Positions 1 through 8,206 of a stretch of 64,000 bases of DNA are shown piece by piece. This stretch comes from a bacterium (GTDB taxonomy: Bacteria > Electryoneota > Electryoneia > Electryoneales > Electryoneaceae): the NCBI GenBank assembly GCA_043801585.1, contig JAZDLX010000184.1, positions 10,811-74,810 of the forward strand. Reading direction: 5' to 3'. A program made the translations under genes and the position numbers. Every line of letters begins with the position of its first letter. Positions within the stretch are counted from its first letter, which is position 1. A model generated the notes under the pieces. It searched no databases, was not told where the DNA came from, and saw nothing but the letters and a program-made list of their open reading frames with translations.

Positions 1-1340
1 AAGTCATAGGAATTTATGATGGTTTCAAATGGCTCATGCAGGGTGACATTGATCACATCAAAGAGTTGACAATCGATCGAGTCAGCCGAATCCACTTTCG
101 CGGCGGCAGTTATATCGGTGTCTCGAGATCCAATCCTACCAAGGATCCCCGGGATCTCGAGAACACAGTCACCAGTCTGCTGCGCCTGAATATCGACAAG
201 TTGATTACCATCGGCGGCGACGATACCGCCTATTCCGCAATGAAGCTTGAGAAGATAGCGGACGGACGTATTCGCGTCGTTCACGTCCCCAAGACCATCG
301 ACAATGACCTGGATCTGCCCCACGGAATCTGCACGTTCGGATTCCAGACAGCTCGGCACCTCGGTGTCGATATTGTAAAAAACCTGATGGTGGACGCCAA
401 TACAACCAGCCGCTGGTTTTTCGTGATCACAATGGGCAGAAAAGCCGGACACCTTGCCCTGGGTATCGGCAAAGCCGCCGGAGCGACTCTCACTCTGATC
501 CCCGAGGAATTCCACGACAAGAACAAGCTGACGATGAAGAAGCTGACGGATATCCTGGTCGGCGCCATCCTGAAACGCCTCTCCTACGGTCGGAGCGACG
601 GTGTCGCTGTGTTGGCCGAAGGTCTCGTCGAGCACCTCTCCCCCGCAGATCTGAAAGCATTAGTGAACGTCGAACGGGATGCTCATGACAACATTCGAAT
701 TGCGGAAATCAGCTTCGGGGAAATCCTCAAGAGTGCGGTGCAGCACAGGTTGGCGGAATTTGGAATCAAGACCACGATTATTGCAAAGAACATCGGTTAT
801 GAACTTCGTTGCGCGGACCCGATCCCGTTCGACATGGAGTACACACGGGACCTCGGATTTGCTGCGGCTCAATTCCTGATGGAGGGTGGCAACGGCGCGA
901 TGGTTTCGATTCAGGACGGCCGTTTCGTCCCGATGTATTTCCATGATATTGTCGATCAGAAAACGGGACGCACCCGCATCCGCATGGTGGACCCGAAATC
1001 GGAATCCTACCTGATCGGCCGCCGCTACATGATCCGATTGAATCAGGAAGATTTTGAGGATCCGCATGAACTCGCCAAGTACGCGGCAACCTCCCATGTC
1101 TCACCGGAAGAGTTCCGCAAGCAGTTCTACTACCTGATCGCCGAAGACAGCAAATTCATCCGTACCACAATCAGCGGATGGGCGAAACGAGGATTGCACG
1201 GGAAAAACCACAAGGAAGAATCAACCGCAGCAGCAGGCTCAGCCCGTCCCGGAACGAGAACGTCCGGGAAAAAAGCATCTCCGGCGATAAAGAAGTCAAA
1301 AAACGCAGCAGGTGGCAGTAAAAGAGAGGGTCAGCATTAG
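1..1340 (+). CDS. pfp: Pyrophosphate-dependent 6-phosphofructokinase, 5' end cut by the window edge
   Basis: The frame is open from nt 3 (VIGIYDGFKWL precedes the listed Met at 36). PFK motifs are GGDDTAYSA, PKTIDNDL and MGRKAGHLAL. The Asp in GGDD and the Lys in PKTIDND are the residues that distinguish PPi- from ATP-dependent PFKs. The C-terminal ~55 aa form a Lys/Ala/Gly/Ser-rich basic tail. Confidence 0.85.
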   Translation, partial: VIGIYDGFKWLMQGDIDHIKELTIDRVSRIHFRGGSYIGVSRSNPTKDPRDLENTVTSLLRLNIDKLITIGGDDTAYSAMKLEKIADGRIRVVHVPKTIDNDLDLPHGICTFGFQTARHLGVDIVKNLMVDANTTSRWFFVITMGRKAGHLALGIGKAAGATLTLIPEEFHDKNKLTMKKLTDILVGAILKRLSYGRSDGVAVLAEGLVEHLSPADLKALVNVERDAHDNIRIAEISFGEILKSAVQHRLAEFGIKTTIIAKNIGYELRCADPIPFDMEYTRDLGFAAAQFLMEGGNGAMVSIQDGRFVPMYFHDIVDQKTGRTRIRMVDPKSESYLIGRRYMIRLNQEDFEDPHELAKYAATSHVSPEEFRKQFYYLIAEDSKFIRTTISGWAKRGLHGKNHKEESTAAAGSARPGTRTSGKKASPAIKKSKNAAGGSKREGQH

Positions 1341-1359
1341 AAACAGGGGGTCATCCTGA

Positions 1360-1390
1360 ATGCCGAAGGGTCGGCATGAAGGTTTTCTGA
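1360..1390 (+). terminator. Weak terminator-like hairpin after pfp
   Basis: ATGCCGA-AGGG-TCGGCAT forms a 7-bp stem (1360-1377) followed by GAAGGTTTTCT, 20 nt after the pfp stop. Confidence 0.35.
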
Positions 1391-1415
1391 GTTCAGTTTA
1401 AACTCTGTAAACTCT

Positions 1416-1466
1416 GGGACAGTATGCTCACCTTGCCGTAAATCGGCAATGTGAGCATACTGTCCC
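1416..1466. repeat. 51-nt nested perfect inverted repeat between convergent pfp and cheR
   Basis: GGGACAGTATGCTCAC (1416-1431) is the exact reverse complement of GTGAGCATACTGTCCC (1451-1466). The spacer itself contains TTGCCG (1433-1438) and CGGCAA (1444-1449). There is no U-tract on either side. Confidence 0.6.
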
Positions 1467-1545
1467 TCGACTCTCACAAGCCTTTTTCACAATCCGCCAT
1501 AAAGCCAGAATGTCACCTTGTTCCAGTCCTCATTCACCTGCGCTG

Positions 1546-2388
1546 TCAGAACTTCAACACGTTGTACGTGCAGGTTTTGTACTCTTTGATCTCATAGAAC
1601 TGAGAATATCCGCGGAGGGATTCTGTGGAACCGAGCAGCAGGAAGCCATCCGTTTTCAGAATCCTGGCGGTTTTCTCGAACAGTCCTACCTTGAATTCAT
1701 CGCGGAAATAGATGGCAACGTTTCGCATCATCACCAGGTCAAAGGGACCGCCGATGCCGTAGAAGGAATCCTGCAGATTGAATTTTCGGAAGGAGACGAA
1801 CGCCTTGATCTCGTTTGAAATCTCCCACATCCGGCCATGCACCAAGAAATGCTTCAATTGAAGATCATGGGGCAATCCGCGACCCACGGAAAACACGTCG
1901 TACGTGCCCGAAATCGCCTGAAACAGCACAGCCTGCGAAATATCCGTACCGAGAACGTGGAACTGATCCGGATTGATCCTGATGCCGTTTTGTGCGGCCG
2001 CTTCCAGCACCAGAATCACAAAGCCGTAGGCTTCCTGACCGGTGGACGAAGCAGCACTCCAGACTCGCACACGCTCCCCACCCCGGATTTTATCGAGCAG
2101 GGAGGGCACGACAATCTCGTCAAGGAATCTCCAGGCGGATTCATCCCGGAACCAGAAGGTCTCGTGGGTGGTCATCGCGTCGATGATGCGATCGCGCAGC
2201 TGCACGTTTCGGGATTTCGTAGCGTCGCTGTGCAGCTCGCTGAACGAGGAGTATCCATATTCGACGACAAGGTGGGACAACCGAGATTCGAGCAGGTATT
2301 CCTTTCCTCTGTCCAGGCGGATGCCACACTCACGCTCGATATATTCGCGCAAGCGTGCCGATTCCTGTTCTGTGATCGGTGCGATCAT
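1546..2388 (-). CDS. cheR: Chemotaxis protein methyltransferase CheR
   Basis: 280 aa. It has the N-terminal CheR helical domain (ARLREYIERECGIRLDRGKEYLLESRL) and a SAM-methyltransferase core (VRVWSAASSTGQEAYG, DLVMMRNVAIYF). A 4-nt overlap links it to the upstream cheB. Confidence 0.9.
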   Translation of the reverse strand: MIAPITEQESARLREYIERECGIRLDRGKEYLLESRLSHLVVEYGYSSFSELHSDATKSRNVQLRDRIIDAMTTHETFWFRDESAWRFLDEIVVPSLLDKIRGGERVRVWSAASSTGQEAYGFVILVLEAAAQNGIRINPDQFHVLGTDISQAVLFQAISGTYDVFSVGRGLPHDLQLKHFLVHGRMWEISNEIKAFVSFRKFNLQDSFYGIGGPFDLVMMRNVAIYFRDEFKVGLFEKTARILKTDGFLLLGSTESLRGYSQFYEIKEYKTCTYNVLKF

Positions 2389-3479
2389 GCGCGTCCAGCT
2401 TTTACAATGCTCACAATCCTGGAAGCGATGTCATTGAGCGGCAACACCTCATCCGCCTGGCCGGCCTTAACCAGCGATCCGGGCATGCCCCATACCACGC
2501 TGCTCTCATTGTCCTGTGCAATTGCATACGCCCCGGCCGAACGCAACGCACGCACCCCGGCCGTTCCATCCGATCCCATCCCTGTCAAAATCACCGCAAG
2601 CACCTTGCCTCCGTACACCTTCGCGATGGATTCAAAAAGTCTGTCGACAGCCGGTTTGCAGTTATTGACAGGGGAAGAATCTTCCAGCACCAGGCGCGTG
2701 TTCGCCGGAGTGCCACGCACGATCATGTGAAATCCGCCGGGGGCGATGTAGACATTTCCCGGTGATACGATCTCGTTAGCACGACCCTCTCGCACGCGGA
2801 GCGATGAAATCTGATCGAGTTGAGTTGCCAGGGTAGCGGTGAACAGCGGCGGCATGTGCTGGACAAGAAAGATCGGTACGCCGAAATCGCTTCGCAGCCG
2901 GGGAATGATCTGCCTCAGCGCCACCGGACCACCCGTGGATACTCCGATGGCCACCGCTTCGATGGCGACGGGAGGGGCGATTTCCCGTTTGAGCGGCGGG
3001 GCTGTTTCAAGGACCGTGGACGGCTCCCTGTCCGTCATCTTGGAGGAAACCGTGCGGATCGCACCTTTTTTTCGGTTTCGCACGACGTCGAGCAGCGGAT
3101 AGAGCATTTCACTTAATTGTTTGAAGCTTTCGTCGGAAGTAAAGGCTGTGGGCTTGAGAACGAAATCCAGCGCGCCGCGCTGCAACGCCTTGATTGTCAA
3201 TTGAGCGTGATTTTCGTTGACACCGCTGACCATGATGACTTCACCCGGGAGCCGGTCCTCCCGAAGCCGTCGAAGTACCTCCAACCCGTCAATTCCCGGC
3301 ATCATCAAGTCAAGCAGAATCACATCCGGACGTTTTTCGCGTACAGCATCGAGAGCCTGGGTGCCGTCGATGATCAGTCCGACAACCTTCCCCTGAGGGT
3401 ACTGCTCCACCACCCTCTTCAGGATCATCCGATAGGTTGCGGAATCGTCTACGATCAGGATATTCAGCGTCTCGCTCAC
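2385..3479 (-). CDS. cheB: Protein-glutamate methylesterase / response regulator CheB
   Basis: 364 aa. It has an N-terminal receiver domain (ILIVDDSATYR ... DVILLDLMMPGIDG) and a C-terminal methylesterase domain (AIGVSTGGPVAL, LTGMGSDG, VVWGMP). Confidence 0.92.
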   Translation of the reverse strand: MSETLNILIVDDSATYRMILKRVVEQYPQGKVVGLIIDGTQALDAVREKRPDVILLDLMMPGIDGLEVLRRLREDRLPGEVIMVSGVNENHAQLTIKALQRGALDFVLKPTAFTSDESFKQLSEMLYPLLDVVRNRKKGAIRTVSSKMTDREPSTVLETAPPLKREIAPPVAIEAVAIGVSTGGPVALRQIIPRLRSDFGVPIFLVQHMPPLFTATLATQLDQISSLRVREGRANEIVSPGNVYIAPGGFHMIVRGTPANTRLVLEDSSPVNNCKPAVDRLFESIAKVYGGKVLAVILTGMGSDGTAGVRALRSAGAYAIAQDNESSVVWGMPGSLVKAGQADEVLPLNDIASRIVSIVKAGRA

Positions 3480-3610
3480 AAACCTTCCCCAGGCAACTGG
3501 TTCCTGTTGACGTTCATCCGAGATGTCGCCGTCTCATCGTCTTATTTCGCCGATCCATTCGGTAAAGCGACTGTTGAATTGCGTCAGGATTCGCATCGTG
3601 ATCCGATCTT

Positions 3611-4183
3611 TTACACTGCATCAGCAGGATGATCATTGACGGATTGTTTTGGATCCCGGAAGCCATCACGGCAGCGGTTCAGTACCCGTGTGACGTTCAG
3701 CAGAAGGATCAACTCATTGTTGTTTTTAATAACACCGTTGAGCATCATTTTCTTCTTTTCATCCAGATTCGAGGGCACGGGGCGTATGGCCTGACTGTCG
3801 ATAACGATGGTCTCCTCGATACGGTCGATGAACAAACCGACGGTATCCTCGTTTTCGTACCCCAGTTCCATGACAACCTCGTCGCCACCCCTGATGCTGA
3901 GAAGCTCGCTCGTCGTCTTCAGGAACAGCAGCTTGGGATTTACCGCTGGTTCCTCTTTCTGCCCGAGGACGACGTTCATATCGATCACTGTGACAATCTT
4001 GCCACGGAGGTTGACCATGCCCATGAAAATGCCATGCGCTCCGGGAACCTCGGTGATGCCCAGCATATTATGGATTTCCTTGACGAGTTCGATCTGCACA
4101 CCGAGCAGCGAGGAACCGACCCGAAAGGTGACCATGTGCAAAGTGCCGCTGTCATCCAGGTTTTTTGTCTCGTCCACGGTCAT
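3611..4183 (-). CDS. cheW: Chemotaxis coupling protein CheW
   Basis: 190 aa, single CheW domain (FRVGSSLLGVQIELVKEI ... GMVNLRGKIVTVIDMNVVLG ... GLFIDRIEETIVI). It starts 12 nt downstream of the cheA stop. Confidence 0.9.
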   Translation of the reverse strand: MTVDETKNLDDSGTLHMVTFRVGSSLLGVQIELVKEIHNMLGITEVPGAHGIFMGMVNLRGKIVTVIDMNVVLGQKEEPAVNPKLLFLKTTSELLSIRGGDEVVMELGYENEDTVGLFIDRIEETIVIDSQAIRPVPSNLDEKKKMMLNGVIKNNNELILLLNVTRVLNRCRDGFRDPKQSVNDHPADAV

Positions 4184-4195
4184 GTCTCCTGTCCG

Positions 4196-7100
4196 CTACT
4201 CTTTCGCATTGCCGACGTCCACACCGAGCAACTCCCACACCTTGGCAACCAACCGCTCCTTGTCAAGTTTCTCCTCCCAGTTATCAAAACCCGCTTCTTT
4301 TCCCTGCTGGCGGGACGTTTCATCATCGAGTGCAGTCACGGCGATCACCGGCAAACTGGCGAGATTCGATTTCTTGCGGATCTCACGCATCACCTCAAAA
4401 CCGCTCATTCCGGGCATGATAATATCCAGCACTACCGCATCGAAGGATTCCCTGTCCAGCATCTCAAGCGCCTCAGCCCCGTTCTCCGCCAGTTTGACGC
4501 GGAATCCGGCAGATTCCAGGTACTTCTTCTCCATCATGCGGAAGAAGGGGGTGTCATCGACGATAAGCACCCGGGGGGCTTTTGCCGTTTTTGGGCGAGT
4601 CGTCTTTCCGCCGAATTTCCTGAATTGAGTTTCCTCGGGAAAAACCATGTCGAAGATTTCATACATGTTCGGCATCAGCGTGATTTTCTCCTCGAGGATG
4701 CTGCTTCCAAAAAGACCGGGCGCCACGATCGATTCAGTGTCCAGCTCGATCGTGGACTCGATGGTATCGATGATGTTTCGAAAGACGATCCCCACCGGAT
4801 GTTTGTAGGTTTTCGGAACAAGCACTCCGAAATCTCCGTCGAGTGGATTTTTCGGACGCGCAATCGGAAGCATGTCATGCAGCATGATCAGGCGTAACTT
4901 TTCGCCCCGATACTGGTAATAGAGATTGTCATTGATCCACTCAATATCGTTTTTCCGGATTCGCTCGATGCGACTGATCAGTTGCAGCGGGATGGCAAAG
5001 CGCTCATCGGTTCCGTTGTCGAAAAGAAGCATTGAAACGGTTTCCTGGAGCTTTTCGATCTCTTTTTCCGCTGTCCGTTCCGCCTCCGCCGTGGCATCCT
5101 CGAACTCCCGGACACCCACGGCACCCGCCATCCCAGCCGGATCGAGAATCAACGCGACGGAACCATCCCCGAGAACAGTTGCTCCGCTATAAAAACGCAT
5201 CTTCTGAAAAAAGGAGGGAAGCGGTTTGACCACAATCTCATCCACGGCTTCAACCGTGCTGACCTGCATCGCAAACAGGGAAGCGCCAAAGCGCACGATG
5301 ACAAATTGCACCGTCCCCTTCTGCATCCGAACAACCGACGCTGTTTCTCCTGCATCCTGCTTTTCCGTGGAGCCCTTTTCGTCCGATGATGCGTGCGGGT
5401 TGCCGTTTTCGAGGTGAAGCAGATTCACCAACTTGAGGACAGGCAGGAGTTGATCGCGAAGCCGGAGTACTTCGACCCCCTGCACGGTGTTCACCTTGTT
5501 CTTCAAATCCTCGACACGAACACGCACCAGCTCATCGATGTTAATTTCCGGGATGATGAATTTCCGCCCGTTCACCTGGAAAACGAGACCCTTGACGATC
5601 GCGAGAGTCAACGGCAGGATCAGCCCGATACGGGTCCCTTTCCCCACCTTGGATTCGATATCGACACTGCCACTAAGCGATTCGATGTTCTTCAGCACAA
5701 CGTCCATGCCAACACCGCGGCCCGAGAGGTTGGAAACCTGTTCGACCGTGGAAAAACCGGGCATGAAGATGATCCGCAATTTCTCCCGTTCGCTCATGGA
5801 CTCCAGGGCTTCCTTCGAGATCTGCCCATTCTCCAACGCCTTCGCTGCGATTTTCGCGGGGTTTATCCCGTTTCCGTCGTCGATGATGTCGATATGAACC
5901 TGGCCGCCTTCCTGGTAGGCTTCGAAGCGTATGTTGCCTTGTGCTGATTTTCCGGATTTCTGCCGTTGCTCAGGGGTTTCGATGCCATGGTCGACAGCGT
6001 TGCGAACAAGGTGGGTCATTGGATCGACGAGCAGTTCAATGATCGTCTTGTCCACTTCAACGTTCTCGCCTTTCGTCTCCAGCACGATCTGCTTGCCTGT
6101 CTTCTTCGACAGGTCACGGACGGTTCGAGGGAACTTGCTGAACAGAACGCTCAATGGCTGCATTCGCAGAGTCATGATCTTTTCCTGGATTTCCGTCGTC
6201 ACCCAGGAGACGTTCTGCATTGAGAACTGCAATGCCTGTGACCCGGCGTCGGATATCCGGATCACCTCGCCGAGCTGATTACGGGCGAGGACAAGCTCCC
6301 CGGCGAGATCCATCAGGTCGTTAAGCAGATTCACTGAAACGCGGAGCTTTTCGTTCGTCGTTTTCCGTTTCCGCAAATCCGCGAGTACACGCGACTCCGC
6401 TGGCGTCGCACTTTTCTCGGAAGACTCCGCACTCCTGCCAGGCTCGCCGGCCGCTTCTACTCCCTTCGGCACAACATCTCCGGCTTCGGGCACATCCTCG
6501 GCTTCCTCCGCACTCAAGGCTGCCTCGGTATCATCCATGGATTTCTGTGGAGCGGGGGTTGGCACGGTGGTCACGGTGTCGCTCTTCATCGATTCCAGCG
6601 TTTCAAACGTTACCTGCTCAAACGCATCCCCGGAAACCTGGAGACCGCCTGCGATCAGGTCCGGGTCGAGGACGGTCGAATAATACATGTGCAGCGGTTT
6701 CCTGGCATCAACAGCTGCAGCAAGATCGATTGGATTGCCCTCAAGATCTGTGGAGGAGACAACTTTCCCCAGCCGTTCGATTTCACCCACCCAGACGGAA
6801 CCACTCGAAGGCCATTCGTTTTTCAAGGCGACATGATAAACGTATCGCCCCGATTCGATGAGATCGGCAAGCTGTTGCTTTGATACGCCTCTTCCGGTCG
6901 ACTCCATCGGGCTGGTCTGCCGGGTGGATTCTGTTTCGGGCGTCTTTTTCGGTTCGGCTTTATCCGCCTGGGATTTTGCTTCCGGAGATTTATCTTTCGA
7001 GGTGCTGGAGGCTGTCCCTGCACTGACTTCCCGTTGATGGATCACCCGTTGCACCACGTCCTCGATGTCTTTCTTGTCACTGGCGGAAAGGTCCGAGAAA

Positions 7101-7405
7101 AGATCCTTGACGATATCAAAGCCATCAAAGAGCAGATCTATCAACTCCTGGGTGACGACAATTTTTCTGTCCCTGAGAAGCGAGAGGAGCGATTCCATCT
7201 CGTGGCTAAGATGACCGATATTCTCCAAACCAAAGAAACCGGCGCCGCCCTTGATGCTGTGAATCGCGCGAAAGATCCGGTTGATGATCTCGGGATCGGT
7301 GTCATCGCCGTTCTTTTCCAGCTCAAGCAGATCCGGTTCGATGATTGACAGGTTTTCCCTGGATTCGTCGAGGAACCCGGCCAGCAGTTCGGGATCATCA
7401 AACAT
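4196..7405 (-). CDS. cheA: Chemotaxis histidine kinase CheA fused to a CheV-like (CheW + receiver) C-terminal module
   Basis: 1069 aa. Domains read from the translation: HPt (FRAIHSIKGGAGFFG); a ~200-aa Ser/Glu/Ala/Lys-rich linker; kinase boxes (NAVDHGIE, DDGNGI, GRGVGMDVV, GKGT); P5/CheW-like domain; a second CheW-like domain (approx 4650-5044); and a receiver domain (RVLIVDD ... DAVVLDIIMPGMSG ... K; approx 4199-4573). The SD GAGGTGG lies upstream of the ATG. Confidence 0.92.
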   Translation of the reverse strand: MFDDPELLAGFLDESRENLSIIEPDLLELEKNGDDTDPEIINRIFRAIHSIKGGAGFFGLENIGHLSHEMESLLSLLRDRKIVVTQELIDLLFDGFDIVKDLFSDLSASDKKDIEDVVQRVIHQREVSAGTASSTSKDKSPEAKSQADKAEPKKTPETESTRQTSPMESTGRGVSKQQLADLIESGRYVYHVALKNEWPSSGSVWVGEIERLGKVVSSTDLEGNPIDLAAAVDARKPLHMYYSTVLDPDLIAGGLQVSGDAFEQVTFETLESMKSDTVTTVPTPAPQKSMDDTEAALSAEEAEDVPEAGDVVPKGVEAAGEPGRSAESSEKSATPAESRVLADLRKRKTTNEKLRVSVNLLNDLMDLAGELVLARNQLGEVIRISDAGSQALQFSMQNVSWVTTEIQEKIMTLRMQPLSVLFSKFPRTVRDLSKKTGKQIVLETKGENVEVDKTIIELLVDPMTHLVRNAVDHGIETPEQRQKSGKSAQGNIRFEAYQEGGQVHIDIIDDGNGINPAKIAAKALENGQISKEALESMSEREKLRIIFMPGFSTVEQVSNLSGRGVGMDVVLKNIESLSGSVDIESKVGKGTRIGLILPLTLAIVKGLVFQVNGRKFIIPEINIDELVRVRVEDLKNKVNTVQGVEVLRLRDQLLPVLKLVNLLHLENGNPHASSDEKGSTEKQDAGETASVVRMQKGTVQFVIVRFGASLFAMQVSTVEAVDEIVVKPLPSFFQKMRFYSGATVLGDGSVALILDPAGMAGAVGVREFEDATAEAERTAEKEIEKLQETVSMLLFDNGTDERFAIPLQLISRIERIRKNDIEWINDNLYYQYRGEKLRLIMLHDMLPIARPKNPLDGDFGVLVPKTYKHPVGIVFRNIIDTIESTIELDTESIVAPGLFGSSILEEKITLMPNMYEIFDMVFPEETQFRKFGGKTTRPKTAKAPRVLIVDDTPFFRMMEKKYLESAGFRVKLAENGAEALEMLDRESFDAVVLDIIMPGMSGFEVMREIRKKSNLASLPVIAVTALDDETSRQQGKEAGFDNWEEKLDKERLVAKVWELLGVDVGNAKE

Positions 7406-8206
7406 CGGTCCACCTCATTGCGATCTCGATCGTACAAAGCTGCGTCAACAGCAGAATATTTCCGACCTCTCGGTGAAAGAGGCCACCCTGATGAACTGTG
7501 GCAAAGGCGTCTTCTCAGCAACAGACAGCCATTCGCTGCATGTCGTCAAAATGTAACGAAGATGCTCAACGTCAAATCCCAAATACTTAAACTTGCTCTA
7601 CACAGGCTTTCTTCCAAAGTCCATCAGGTGCTCCGCCGGGATAAAGTCCGGAAACAATGTCCCGTTCAGTTGCACAATAGGCTCAGTCAGAACCGTGACC
7701 ACAGGATGTAGACGACAGAAGGTGCAAAATTCTGATGCACTATCGACCCACGCCCTACCCCGTCCTCCGATGTTTTTTTAAGCCGGGTCGCCACCGGATG
7801 AAAAGCGAAATCATCATACTCCGCTGGAAGCCACTACTATAACGGTATATGCGGGAATGGTAATGGGTTTGAAGACTTGCTCTTTCTGGACATCACTCCG
7901 AGAGCGAGTTTGACAAGCCTTCCGGCCAAACTTGACAGGTTCCCACCCCTCCCTATAGCTTTCGGGACCAAGAGGGATGCCTATCCCCCGAAAGTCCTGT
8001 TTATTTATTGAAATACCAAAAATCCTGCACCCTGCAGCCGTCCAGTACAAGGGGTGATTGACGAGCGTATACTTTCCGCCTGCTAGGAGGGTTCCCTTGT
8101 TGAGAGGCCGAATACTTGATCCGTCGACACCTAGTTAGGACATCCTAATGCTGCTCTGCTGCCGTGTGTCCGGTACCGATGTTCCATGAAAGAGGGAGGG
8201 AAGACG

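Noticed and set aside
3629-4897. 422-aa plus-strand ORF (and 3807..4628)
   Set aside because: It is antisense to cheW and the 3' end of cheA, both of which have clear domain motifs. It has no start context and a biased composition.
7418-8050. Small ORFs 7418..7711 (+), 7593..7781 (+) and 7814..8050 (-) in the long intergenic gap
   Set aside because: They have no RBS, a basic or Cys/Arg-rich composition and no motifs. I treat the region as non-coding or regulatory.
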